Assembly: GCA_964016885.1 (NCBI GenBank)
Contig: OZ024765.1
Coordinates: 2,046,001-2,110,000 of the forward strand
From: Eledone cirrhosa
Taxonomy: Eukaryota
Reading direction: 5' to 3'
DNA length: 64,000 nt
A program made the position numbers and the translations under genes. Below, one piece after another: positions 41,526 to 56,573 of the stretch. How positions within the stretch are numbered: the first letter of the stretch is position 1; each line of letters starts with the position of its first letter. The notes below the pieces were generated by a model. It was not told the DNA's origin. It ran no database searches and worked only from the letters and a program-made list of their open reading frames with translations.

Positions 41526-41647
41526 AATATATATATATACACACATATATATATATATATATATATATTATTAATATATATAAATGAAAGGTATAGAAAA
41601 CATTGTAGCGAAAGGCCAACAGTATTCCATAATATATAATTATTGAA

Positions 41648-41696
<49 letters not shown>

Positions 41697-41793
41697 ATAT
41701 ATATATATATATCTTATTAATATATATATATATATATTATTAATATATATGTATATATGTGTATATATATAAATATATACATATATATATATG

Positions 41794-41955
<162 letters not shown>

Positions 41956-41971
41956 TATACATATATATATG

Positions 41972-42003
<32 letters not shown>

Positions 42004-42023
42004 AATATATACATATATATATG

Positions 42024-42266
<243 letters not shown>

Positions 42267-42279
42267 GTATATATATATG

Positions 42280-42358
<79 letters not shown>

Positions 42359-42361
42359 ATG

Positions 42362-42396
<35 letters not shown>

Positions 42397-42473
42397 GTAT
42401 ATATATGTATATATATATATATATATGTATGTATATATATATGTATGTATATATATATATATGTATATATATG

Positions 42474-42558
<85 letters not shown>

Positions 42559-42619
42559 GTATATATATATATATATATGTATATATATGTATATATATAT
42601 ATATATATGTATATATATG

Positions 42620-42675
<56 letters not shown>

Positions 42676-42758
42676 TATATAATTTGTTTCACCTCAAACG
42701 GATCATCAGCTCGGTTTAAATAAGATAATACGTAATATCTCATTGAAACGTGGAACTA

Positions 42759-42806
<48 letters not shown>

Positions 42807-42885
42807 TCACTATTCAACGAATTTCAACCGTTGAGGTTGTCTTTTTTCCAGGTATGTCAATATTTATTTATAAAACAAATCTGTA

Positions 42886-42947
42886 TTTTATCTGATGAAA
42901 GCGCACCATAATTTACCTTGGTCGCCCTTGAAATATATATAATAAAA
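42886..42947 (+). ncRNA. Hammerhead motif, family E
   Basis: ttttat-CTGATGA-aagcgcacca...tggtcgccctt-GAAA-tatata-TA-ataaaa. Confidence 0.65.
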
Positions 42948-43080
42948 TAATTATGGTTTTATAAATATAGTTTCCATTTATTAATATATTGTATATTTAC
43001 TCCACTATCATGTTGAGTGCTTATTATCAGTTATACAAATTTTTAAGCTTGTTGAATCCCAACAAATTAAATATAACCTC

Positions 43081-43144
<64 letters not shown>

Positions 43145-43227
43145 AATGGTAAACAGAAATAACAAAACAATCGGTACAGTATATGGAAGGGATATATTAG
43201 GTTAACGCTTGAAATAGCAGGAAGAGG

Positions 43228-43262
43228 GTCTAAACGTTTCGGACGCTAGTCCTTCATCAGAA
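43228..43262 (-). ncRNA. Hammerhead-like motif (weak stem I)
   Basis: CTGATGA-a-ggac/tagc/gtcc-GAAA-cgtt-TA; the downstream body (43145-43222) recurs at 32150-32228. Confidence 0.5.
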
Positions 43263-43849
43263 GAAAGAATGAGAAATAAGATAGATTGAAGAGACGGGCG
43301 GGGTGGAATTGGAAAAAATGTATTCAAATAAAAATAACAGGTCCATTCATGATGACATCTCTTGGAAAACTGTGGATGCTGGCGTTTTGTGTATGATTTA
43401 TTTTTTAGAAAAGTGGATGATGGAGCGTGTCTACCTGAAATGAAAAAAAAAAAAACGTTTGTAAAAAGAGCTATACTTGTGCACGTGCGTAAGCATGTGT
43501 GTGTGTGTGTTAGAAGTCGGTACCAAGCTAAGAAATGTGTGTGTATATGTGAGTAAAAGAAAAAGAATGTATGTGCGTGTAAGTACGAAGCTATGTGGAA
43601 AGTATGTTAATATAAGGGTGTGTAAGTGTGTATACAGAGCAGTGAAGGGAAAAGTGAAGTGACCATATATATATATATATTTTTTTTTTTTTTTATTTTA
43701 TTTTATAGAAGGAGCTTCTACAGGACTAGTACTGTTTCATTCAGATGAAATCTTCAGGAAGCTCCTTCTATAAAATAAAAAAATTTTACTCTGCCATGTA
43801 TTGAGTACCTTACTTACTGTGGTTATCCCCAACTCAACCCGGGACCTAC

Positions 43850-43893
<44 letters not shown>

Positions 43894-44892
43894 GGCTTAG
43901 TTCGGATCTAGCTGTCGAAACGGCCGGAGCTCAGCCGTCGGGGTCCTGACTCCCCCCCCCCCCCCCCACACACACACATAGTAATAATAATAAATGTGAA
44001 GACTAAAATCCGAAGGGTGCTCGATAAGGGTTATATATAAAAATATATATAACAACCGTAGAGCAAATATTCATGAAAATAACAGATTAAAGTTTAAGCA
44101 AAGAATCGGTGCTTTCACCCTTAACTTATATATATAAGTATAAAGAAAGTGCTCAAGATCAGAAATGCTATAAAGATAGCTTATATAATAGGGTGGAGAC
44201 CTCTATAGGACTGGAAATGTTGCCATCTGGCGGTGTGAGGAATTGACCCTATATCTTCCAGATTCCGGTATCTCACGACCTAACCATCCTTTTTCGAACT
44301 CTCTCACCCCTCAGCCAAAATGCCATCATAGTAAAAAATATATATATAACAAAAAAAAAAAAAAAAAACTCTTTTATAAAGCGGTTGCCAATAAATCATG
44401 TCTTGCATTCAGCCGGAAGTCGATGTCACCCATGCGTGGAGATTAATTAATTTTTTTCATTAAAGACATTCTCTAATGTTACGCTTCATTGATTAGAACT
44501 TTGTAAATGTTGCTGCATTGATTAATGTGAATTAACTCTTATGATACCAACGTGACCTTAACTGACACCGGGTCCACCGGGTCTATAGGGTTCCTATTTA
44601 CATTATTTTCTCCCATCGTGAATATAACAAACCTTATATTAAGTTACTATTTTAGTAATGAATAATCATTTTAGTAAATCCCTTAAAATTCTTCATTAAC
44701 TTTTTTGATATGAAGCTGGCGAAAACCAACTCTGGTTCTATGAAATAAAACCACCAATTTAAAGGGGTCATATTAAAACATTTTGATACCAAGCAAAACC
44801 AACGATCTAAAAGTCTATTTTAATTAAAATCTTTCATCTTAATTTTATATAAGAACCTGACATTAAGTTACTATCTTAGTAATGAAATAATA

Positions 44893-45080
44893 ATTGTTTC
44901 TACCTTAGGCACAAGGCCAGCAATTACCCAGTGCATTACTGGTACTTTATTTTATCGACCCCGTAAGGATGAAAGGCAAAGTCAACCTCGGCGGGATTTG
45001 AAATCAGATCGTAAAGGGACGTAACTATGCTGGAAAGCATGGCGTCCGACCCTCTACCGATACTGCTAATCCACCGCTCT
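44893..45080 (-). mobile_element. S1 SINE whose 5' 45 bp is the first unit of the adjacent satellite
   Basis: Full S1 body and B-box, contiguous with the array. Confidence 0.9.
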
Positions 45081-46295
45081 AGCATGGCGTCCGACCCTCT
45101 ACCGATACTGCCAATCCACCGCCCTAGCATGGCGTCCGACCCTCTACCGATACTGCCAATCCACCGCCCTAGCATGGCGTCCGACCCTCTACCGATACTG
45201 CCAATCCACCGCCCTAGCATGGCGTCCGACCCTCTACCGATACTGCTAATCCACCGCTCTAGCATGGCGTCCGACCCTCTACCGATACTGCCAATCCACC
45301 GCCCTAGCATGGTGTCCGACCCTCTACCGATACTGCCACTCCACCACCCTAGCATGGCGTCCGACCCTCTACCGATACTGCTAATCCACAACCCTAGCAT
45401 GGCATCCGACCCTCTACCGATACTGCCAATCCACCGCCCTAGCATGGCGTCCGACCCTCCACCGATACTGCCAATCCACCACCCTAGCATGGCGTCCGAC
45501 CCTCCACCGATACTGCCAATCCACAACCCTAGCATGGCTTCCGACCCTCTACCGATACTGCCAATCCACAACCCTAGCATGGCTTCCGACTCTCTACCGA
45601 TACTGCCAATCTACCACCCTAGCATGGCGTCCGACCCTCTACCGATACTGCCAATCCACCGCCCTAGCATGGCGTCCGACCCTCCACCGATACTGCCAAT
45701 CCACAACCCTAGCATGGCTTCCGACCCTCTACCGATACTGCCAATCCACCGCCCTAGCATGGCGTCCGACCCTCTACCGATACTGCTAATCCACAACCCT
45801 AGCATGGCGTCCGACCCTCTACCGATACTGCCAATCCACAACCCTAGCATGGCTTCCGACTCTCTACCGATACTGCCAATCCACCGCCCTAGCATGGCGT
45901 CCGACCCTCTACCGATACTGCTAATCCACAACCCTAGCATGGCGTCCGACCCTCTACCGATACTGCCAATCCACAACCCTAGCATGGCTTCCGACTCTCT
46001 ACCGATACTGCCAATCCACCGCCCTAGCATGGCGTCCGACCCTCTACCGATACTGCTAATCCACAACCCTAGCATGGCGTCCGACCCTCTACCGATACTG
46101 CCAATCCACAACCCTAGCATGGCTTCCGACTCTCTACCGATACTGCCAATCCACCGCCCTAGCATGGCTTCCGACCCTCTACCGATACTGCTAATCCACA
46201 ACCCTAGCATGGCGTCCGACCCTCTACCGATACTGCCAATCCACCGCCCTAGCATGGCGTCCGACCCTCTACCGATACTGCCAATCCACCGCCCT
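45036..46295. repeat. 45-bp minisatellite x 28, derived from the S1 SINE head
   Basis: Unit AGCATGGCGTCCGACCCTCTACCGATACTGCCAATCCACCGCCCT is the reverse complement of the SINE 5' end; 1260/45 = 28. Confidence 0.97.
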
Positions 46296-46507
46296 TATAA
46301 CGATGTTATAGATATAATTTCATTTAACTGTTATCGTCATGTCATGAAATGTAACTGTGACTGGTAATAAAAGCTATCTTTTGTAAATAATAGCAACGGC
46401 ATCCATTTTATGTTGGTCTGGTTTATAACATATTTTAGCTTTATCATATTTAATTAAATTGATTTTCTTAAGTCAACTTACTGAATATCAAACAAGCTCC
46501 CCCTCCC

Positions 46508-46545
<38 letters not shown>

Positions 46546-46590
46546 GTCTTTCTATCTCATCTCTCTCTCTCTGTCTTTCTATCTCCTCTT

Positions 46591-46640
<50 letters not shown>

Positions 46641-46815
46641 ATAATCTTTCTCTTTCTCTGTCTGTCTCTCTCTCTCTTTCTTTTTCTTTCACTTTCTCTT
46701 TGTCCCTTTCTTTCTATTTCTCTCTCTTTCTTTCTATTTCAATCTCTTTCTTTCTATTTCTCTCTCTCTCCTTCCCTTTCTCGCTTTTTCTCTCTCTCTC
46801 TTTCTTTCTCGGTCT

Positions 46816-46873
<58 letters not shown>

Positions 46874-46874
46874 G

Positions 46875-46914
<40 letters not shown>

Positions 46915-46948
46915 AATATATATGTATATATATATATCTATATATAAA

Positions 46949-46993
<45 letters not shown>

Positions 46994-47054
46994 GTATATA
47001 TATATATATATATATATATAAATATATATGTATATATATATATCTATATATAAA

Positions 47055-47337
<283 letters not shown>

Positions 47338-47364
47338 GTGTATATATATATATATATATATAAA

Positions 47365-47435
<71 letters not shown>

Positions 47436-47497
47436 TGTAAAACTCATTCTTTGATTTATTCATTGAACCTTGTTAATGTTTAAATATACATATATAT

Positions 47498-47534
<37 letters not shown>

Positions 47535-47922
47535 TGTTATACTTTGGGAGGGTCATGTTGCCAATAAGAAACACACGCACCAGTTGCTTTCACTTCAATT
47601 TATTATAATAAATTTATAATAAATTTATAAATTTATAAATTTCTGGTTGGTTGGTTGGTTCCACAACCAGATACTTGTTTATATATTGTCATAGTTCTTT
47701 CGTCACACACTCTGTGACCTCTTCAGTGACAAGGGATTCCTTTCTTTGTTTCTGTGCCTCTCCTTTGTTCTGTCCTACGCCATTTTGTTTCTGTGTGTGT
47801 TGTGTGCCACACATATGTATAATATATATATATATATATATACATAAATATATGTATATATATAAATATACATATATATATGTATATATATATATATATA
47901 TATATACATAAATATATGTATA

Positions 47923-47982
<60 letters not shown>

Positions 47983-47993
47983 CATATATATAC

Positions 47994-48062
<69 letters not shown>

Positions 48063-48155
48063 CATATATATACACTATATACACACCTTATATATATACA
48101 CACCATATATATATGTATATATATATATATATATATATACATAAATATATGTATA

Positions 48156-48211
<56 letters not shown>

Positions 48212-48222
48212 CATATATATAC

Positions 48223-48291
<69 letters not shown>

Positions 48292-48478
48292 CATATATAT
48301 ACACTATATACACACCTTACACTATATATACACCTTACAATATATATGAACGCCGTCAGACACCATGGACTTTTCTATAACAGAATCTCATTCGATATTG
48401 AATTGACAGAAGCAGACATATTGGAAACAGTGCAGCTAAGAATACTATATATAATATAATAATATATGTGTGTATATA

Positions 48479-48533
<55 letters not shown>

Positions 48534-48695
48534 CTACATATGTATATGTATATATATATATATATAAAATATATATATATGTATATGTGTATATATGTAT
48601 ATATGTATATATATGTATATATGTATATGTATATATATGTATATATGTATATGTATATATATCTATATATGTATATATGTATATATGTATATGTA

Positions 48696-48732
<37 letters not shown>

Positions 48733-48859
48733 GTATCTATATATGTATATGTATATATATATGTGTATATGTATCTATATATATGTATATATGTGTATAT
48801 GTATCTATATATATATATGTATATGTATATATATATGTATATATATATATATTTATCTG

Positions 48860-48894
<35 letters not shown>

Positions 48895-49048
48895 CTGTAT
48901 ATGTATATGTATATATATTTATCTGTATATGTATATATATATATATATTTATATGTATATATATATATATGTATATGTATATATATGTATATTGTATATA
49001 TATATGTATATATATATATGTATGTATATATATATATGTGTGTTTGTG

Positions 49049-49129
<81 letters not shown>

Positions 49130-49136
49130 CTGTGTG

Positions 49137-49187
<51 letters not shown>

Positions 49188-49327
49188 TAAAATGGAATTA
49201 AAAGTTCTTTTGTGTGTGTGTGTGTGGGGGTGGGGGTGGGGTGAGACAATAGACCAATAGAAAATGGCGTCTCTTTTGGCGCCAAAATAATTAGACTTGC
49301 CGGGAAGGTACATAGGGCACCTATGTG

Positions 49328-49386
<59 letters not shown>

Positions 49387-49403
49387 GTGTGTGTGTGTGT
49401 TTG

Positions 49404-49434
<31 letters not shown>

Positions 49435-49730
49435 GTGTATGACTGTGTAATTGTGTGTGTGTATATATATATATATGTGTGTGTATGACTGTATGTATAT
49501 ATAAGTATGCATATACATATATATATATGTATATGTATGTATATATATATATGTATGTATATATGTGTATGTGTATGTATTTATATAGAAGTATGCATAT
49601 ATATATATATGTATATGTATGTATATGTATATATATATGTGTGTATGTTTATATATATGTATGTATATATATGTATATATATATGTGTGTATATATGTAA
49701 GTGTATATATATCAATTATATATATGTGTG

Positions 49731-49772
<42 letters not shown>

Positions 49773-49863
49773 TATATGTGTATATATATATATACATATA
49801 TTTATATATACGTGCGTATATATGTAGATGTATATATACATATATATCTGTATAGGTCTCTCG

Positions 49864-49896
<33 letters not shown>

Positions 49897-49916
49897 TCTC
49901 TCTCTCTCTCTCTCGC

Positions 49917-49948
<32 letters not shown>

Positions 49949-49950
49949 GC

Positions 49951-50093
<143 letters not shown>

Positions 50094-50589
50094 GCCTGTA
50101 TGTGCGTGTACATTAACACACGTTCGAGGTAATTGAGTTCGTTCCTGTTGACAAAGTTACAACAACAATAATAATATTTAATTCAATATGGTGGACTTCT
50201 GCTATTATGGAAGCGCAAATACATTCCTGCGGTGTTGAGACTGAAACTATATGCTTTCTTTCCTTTCTTTCTCTTCTTCTTCTTCTTCTTTTTCTTCTTG
50301 TTCTTCTTCAGTCTAATGGCTGAAACCAGTAAAAGAAGAAATTAATAAATTCACACTTTTCTTTTTTTTCTTCTTCTTTTTCTTTTTCTTTTTCTTTTTC
50401 TTTTTCTTCTTCTTCTTCTTCTTCTTCTTCTTCTTCTTCTTCTTCTTCTTCTTCTTCTTCTTCTTCTTCTTCTTCTTCTTCTTCTTCTTCTTCTTCTTCT
50501 TCTTCTTCCCACACTACACCCTCCTCTCTCCATACAGCCGAAACTGTCATTTGTAATCTGAAAGTAAATTTGACACAATTGTATCGGGT

Positions 50590-50882
50590 CTCCGTCAGAT
50601 CCGACGATGGAGTGGCATCCTGTCCAGTGGAGAGTCTTGTACTCCCAGTCACTTATTGTCACTGGCCTCGTGAGCGTCTGGGTTCGAGACAGACGTTAAC
50701 CCTGTGATGGACTGTCGCCCTATCCAGGGGGGAGTCGTGTACTCTCAGTCGCTTCAAGCCATGGAGACCAGGATAAGTATCGGCTTGGTCTCTGGGCTTG
50801 AGACAGACGTTAACTCTGTGATGGACTGTCGTCCTGTCCAGAGGAAGTCTTGTAATTTCAATCGTCTCAAGCCATGGAGACC
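50590..50882 (+). repeat. Tandem partial copies (~113-bp period) of a SINE-like 3' segment
   Basis: GAGACAGACGTTAAC.CTGTGATGGACTGTCG.CCT.TCCAG...CAAGCCATGGAGACC occurs twice, plus a degraded third copy. Confidence 0.55.
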
Positions 50883-51037
50883 CGGAAGACAGTCTTCAGA
50901 CTAAAATGGATGTCTCAGGAATGGCTATGTGGTTAAGAAGTTCGCCTTGCAATCATAACTGTTTGAATAGTCAAACAGAACTTGAAACGATAAGTTCTTG
51001 TTTTGAATATGTCACTATCTGTAAAACAACTTTTACA

Positions 51038-51095
51038 TTTTATCTGATGAGAGCGTACCAAAGATTTCTGTACCCTTGAAATATATATAATAAAA
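51038..51095 (+). ncRNA. Hammerhead motif, family E
   Basis: ttttat-CTGATGA-gagcgtac...gtaccctt-GAAA-tatata-TA-ataaaa. Confidence 0.65.
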
Positions 51096-52898
51096 TAAAT
51101 ATACATGACGGTCTTACATACAATTTCCGCCTACCAAATTCCATTCCTAGTACATTGGTCAACAGAAGACATTATTTGTCCAAGACGTATATGTCACCAG
51201 TTCCTCGACAAAACGAGAATATGCGAGACTAGATTGCAAAACAAACTCCGTAACCACACAGCCACACAAATGATTTTTCCCCCTTTCCCGAGTAAATTCA
51301 TAACAAAAGAATTTAAAGGCCCCCGCGGTGAAACTAGGATAGTAGAAATGCGTAAAAAAAATTAACGGTCAATGAAACCCAATATTAATAGAAGGAATAA
51401 GAAAATCGCTTGTTTTCGACGAGGCGTAATATTAGATATATAATCGAAGTGGAGAGTTAATGTGTTGTCATGAATTTGCTAAGAGGGATACCATTTAGGT
51501 TGTGTGGAGGTCAAACGTAACTAATCTTTGTCACCTTTCTGTGAAGAGGTTTCTGCGCTTTCTGCTGGTTTGGGGCCTACATAGATACACATACATCTGA
51601 GTGTATGTGTATAGATATGTAAGTATGGATATATATATATATATATGTATGTATATGCGGGAATGTGTATGTATATATGTGTGTGTATGTGTATATATAT
51701 GTGTGTATATATATATATATATGTATGCGCGTGTGTATATATATATATATATATGTGTTTGTGTGTGTATGCATATATATATGTGTGTGTGTGCATGTGT
51801 ATATATATATATATATTGATATATTGATATATTGATAGATATATATATCTAATATATATTTGTGAAATGGGTGGTGGTTGAAATTCAGTTGTGCATGGTT
51901 AAATGGTAGTAGACGTGGTCGGACGGACATGAAAATTTACACACCTATGTAAAAAGTGCCAAGGAAGCAAATAGATGAGGTTTCAAATCTCTATCTTGAA
52001 AAATGTGGTCTCTAGGGCCCCAAAACGGTCTATTTACTTTCGCTTTCGGTGAGTTATTTCTCCTGTTCTAATACTTGGATGAATTATTTTCCGTAGTCGC
52101 TTTCAATATTCATTGTCTTATTTACAATTTCATACACATTTTTAAACTCATCAATTTTTTCATAACATATCAAACACAACGTTCTTTCGCTGTTAACATA
52201 CAGTACCGTTTTATGAAATCGATTCTGCAGTACCATTTTACGAAATGCCAAACGAAAACGGTCACTGTTTTCCACCAAAAGAAATAAAGCCCTTAAATTG
52301 CGAAGAAGAGACGCGTGTTCTCAGGTACGTTTTTTCCGATATCATTTTTATTTTAATTCTAATACATGTTAACCACCACTAACAGTAAGTAGTATTTTTC
52401 AAAGTCAAATGAAAAGTTTAAAGAATACATGCATGTAAACTTAATGAATGGGATCTATAAGCCTTTGGGTTGCCGGGTTAATTCTTTTTTTCGCACATAT
52501 TATTAAACGCTTCAATATATTAACCTTAAATAAATACCTCTCTTAATTCTTTTTTCTTTAATCATAAACCTCTTAACTTTTAATTTCAAATTCTTTTTAA
52601 ATTATCTATTATCTCCCAACGGTTTTTTAATTTCTCTCTGTGAGACAATGTTTTCTCAGTTGTAAAGGCTATTTCTCTCTCTCTATCATTCATTTCTCTT
52701 CCTCTCTCTCATCCTTCCTTCTTATACTCCTCCCCCACCATCCTTTATTTTTCTTTCTTCCTCTTCCTTACCTTTTCTCCTATCCCCCCTCCTTTTTTTC
52801 CCCAATCTCATATATCCATCTTACTTTATTTTTTCATATGTTGATTTTACACTTCACTGCTCGCAAATGTTTTTTAAGCTTCATATCATGTCTCCCTA

Positions 52899-52965
52899 TT
52901 TTATCTGATGAGAATGCAAATATCATCCCATGATGATATTTGTTTTTGAAATGCGCATAATAAAA
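52899..52965 (+). ncRNA. Hammerhead motif, family E variant with long stem II
   Basis: ttttat-CTGATGA-gaat-gcaaatatcat/cccatg/atgatatttgt-tttt-GAAA-tgcgca-TA-ataaaa. Confidence 0.75.
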
Positions 52966-53012
52966 TACATGGAACTCTTTTAACCATCTTTTGATCTTAT
53001 ATTATATATAAA

Positions 53013-53098
<86 letters not shown>

Positions 53099-53124
53099 CA
53101 TATATATAGACACATATATATATA

Positions 53125-53170
<46 letters not shown>

Positions 53171-53176
53171 TATAGA

Positions 53177-53274
<98 letters not shown>

Positions 53275-53576
53275 TATATATATATGCATATATATATATA
53301 CATATATATACATATATATATGTGTGTATGTGTGAGTGAGTTTTGAAGTAAACTGCAGGGAGACCAAATTATAGAGTTCCATGGATATATTCGTAAGGAT
53401 AATTCAAACTGGAAATTGGATTGCACCACGTAATTTCCCTACTTGTAAGACCACGCCTGGGAGCTATATATATATATATGTGTGTGTGTGTATATATATG
53501 TATATATATGTGTGTGTGTGTATATATATGTATATATATATATATGTGTATATATATATATATGTGTATATATATG

Positions 53577-53607
<31 letters not shown>

Positions 53608-53730
53608 GTATATATATGTATATATATGTATATATATATGTATATATATGTATATATATGTATATATATGTATATATATATATGTATATATATGTATATA
53701 TATATATATATATGTATATGTATATATATG

Positions 53731-53799
<69 letters not shown>

Positions 53800-53986
53800 G
53801 AGTAGGACCCCGACGGCTGAGCTCAAGCCGTTTCGACGGCTAATTCTAGTCCAGAATTAGCCGTCGAAACGGCTTGAGCTCGGCCGTCGGGGTCCTACTC
53901 GTTCCTATTACCCACTCTACTACCCTAAGTATTGAGTACTTTGGTGCGTTATGGTCCACCTGGTTTCTTACCACATTTCCTTCGTT
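53800..53986 (+). mobile_element. Family A module with a 101-bp palindrome (53800-53900), flanked by (TA)n on both sides
   Basis: See 15633-15812. Confidence 0.7.
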
Positions 53987-54002
53987 ATATATATATATGT
54001 AC

Positions 54003-54034
<32 letters not shown>

Positions 54035-54107
54035 ATACATGTATATAGTTATATGAATATATATATGTATCTATGATATATAGATATATGAATCTATATA
54101 TATGTAC

Positions 54108-54144
<37 letters not shown>

Positions 54145-54247
54145 CTGCAACTTTGGTATAATTCAATATACAGTTGCGGAACCTTTATATAAGCATTTAA
54201 ATTTAGAGATAAACACTACACAACCTTGTTAATAATTCTTCTCATGA

Positions 54248-54248
54248 T

Positions 54249-54341
<93 letters not shown>

Positions 54342-54450
54342 GACTACTACGAGCACTATTACTACTACTACTACCACTACTACTACTACTACCACTACTA
54401 CTACTACTACTACCACTACCACTACTACTACTACCACTACCACTGTTACT
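54248..54450. repeat. (CTA)n trinucleotide microsatellite
   Basis: Directly visible. Confidence 0.97.
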
Positions 54451-54874
54451 AGTAATGGGCGAGGGGAATGGGTAAGTCGTGAAATGAAGCGTTTTGCTCA
54501 ACAAAACAAAACACAACGACATAAGCCCTTAATATTGTCCCCTTACATTGAGTGAGATATGTTCATAGAATATTTCGGCGACGTCACACATTTATCACCA
54601 TGCAGTCTACCAACAACATTGTATGTATGATATATATTCAACTTCCCCTATTCCAAATATTTTATCGCTCTGATGAAAGAAATGTAATTTTTCCAATATT
54701 GGTTATTCTAAAGACTTAGAATAATTAATGCAGTTTTTGGGTTCCAGAAACCATGGTTACGGAATTATATAAGGAAAACTGCCTTATTTTACTCAGTCCT
54801 GCTTATATCACTCCAAGTGTGGTTTTGGTTTATGTTTAATATATTATATATATATTAGGAGACACTCACACACA

Positions 54875-54968
<94 letters not shown>

Positions 54969-55072
54969 TGTATGTATGTGTATGTATGTATGTATGTATG
55001 TATGTATGTATGTATGTATGTATGTATGTATCTATGTATGTATGTATGTATGTATATGTATGTATGTATATA

Positions 55073-56010
55073 TCTATATATATAAAACTGTGGTTGTCTG
55101 TCTGTCTATCGATTTTAGGCACACATCTCCTCTTAGAATCTCTGACGGAATTGCACCGAAATTGCTATACTTGTACATTGAGCCCTAGCGAAGACATCGG
55201 AAAAAAATATTTCAAATTGACCCACCCTATGTGACGAAATCGAATATAATGTATCGATTTTTGAGCGTAAGTTATCAGTTATTTCCCTTTGTTCTGTTTA
55301 CATTGAGCGTCTTACGTAAAAAATTACGCTGGCTTTCTCAGCGTTTAAAATGACATTAACACAATACACGAACAGTTGTCGAGCCAGCAAAATATTGACC
55401 TGCAAAATTCATCAGTTCGAACACTAAGCTTCCGTTTTGCTTCATTTCCATTTAAAAGCATTTTAAAACAATATTTTTACTTGAAAACAAGTCTATTTAA
55501 AGACTACGTAAAACAAGCAAATATTTCGTCGTTAGGCGTGCAGACAGACAGTCGTGCAGAGAGGTAATATACGCGTGCAGACAGACAGTCGTGCAGAGAG
55601 GTGATATAGGCGTGCAGACAGACAGTCGTGCAGAGAGGTGATATAGGCGTGCAGACAGACAGTCGTGCAGAGAGGTGATATAGGCGTGCAGACAGACATA
55701 ACTGATAATTTGGTTACGCTAATGTTTTTCTCTGCGTTGCAGTGTTTACATTTTCGATCTTTGTTAATAAATAACCAGTGCAGTTTTTATCCCCAGCATC
55801 CTCTTTTGTTATAACATTCGGGTTATCGTTATGTTTTCTTGACTTCATAAGGCATATTGTTGGTTGAGGGAATATTAATAAAAAACACCACATGCAAGTC
55901 TGCACAGTAGACACTACAGTTTTTAAGCCAAAAAAGAAACTTAACATTGTAACTTAACATTGTAACACAGCTACTGAGCGACCCCGAGCAACGCCGGGCT
56001 TTACTGCTAG
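55073..56010 (+). mobile_element. Non-autonomous Helitron (938 bp) with an internal 37-bp tandem repeat (55534-55697)
   Basis: A|TCTATATATATAAAA...(TGTC)n...hairpin CCCGAGCAACGCCGGG...ACTGCTAG|T; same 3' end as 34577-35418. Confidence 0.85.
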
Positions 56011-56161
56011 TATATATATATATATATATATAGAGAGAGATATGAAGTAATTCCGTCGGAAAGGTCCAGGAAAAATGAGTGCTCTATGTAGGTTACAGAG
56101 CTTATTAGTTATGTAATAAACAACATAAGATAATTATTAACTTAATGAATTGTTAACTAAA

Positions 56162-56573
56162 TGAAAACTTACAAATCTCCAGATTCTATAAAAACTATTC
56201 TCAGATTCTACAATTGAATTTTACCGAAGTCTCATAAATCTTAATACAATATATAGGTGTGTATATATATATAGTTATGTAATAAACAACATAAGATAAT
56301 TATTTCATTTACCAGTGGTTTCTTGAAAGCAAAATTTGCTTTCAGTCATCAGAAGGAAAAAATACACCAGGATTTTTTCATTCTGATGACTGAAAGCAAA
56401 TTTTGCTTTCAAGAAACCACTGGTAAATGAAATAATTATCTTATGTCGTTTATTACATAACTATATATATATATACACCTATATATTGTATTAAGATTTA
56501 TGAGACTTCGGTAAAGTTCAATTGTAGAATGTGAGAATAGTTTTTATAGAATCTGGAGATTTGTAAGTTTTCA
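56162..56573. ncRNA. 412-bp palindrome with two divergent hammerhead motifs (56303-56359 minus; 56376-56432 plus)
   Basis: tttcatt-CTGATGA-ct-gaaagcaa/att/ttgctttc-aa-GAAA-ccactgg-TA-aatgaaa; 7-bp stem I, GUA site. Confidence 0.8.

Noticed and set aside
45027-46367. 446-aa repetitive ORF, or a CRISPR-like array
   Set aside because: The unit is a SINE head repeated head-to-tail with no unique spacers and no cas genes; the ORF follows from the 45-bp period.
54668-54690. CTGATGA followed by GAAA
   Set aside because: There is no stem II and no stem I pairing, so it is not counted as a hammerhead.
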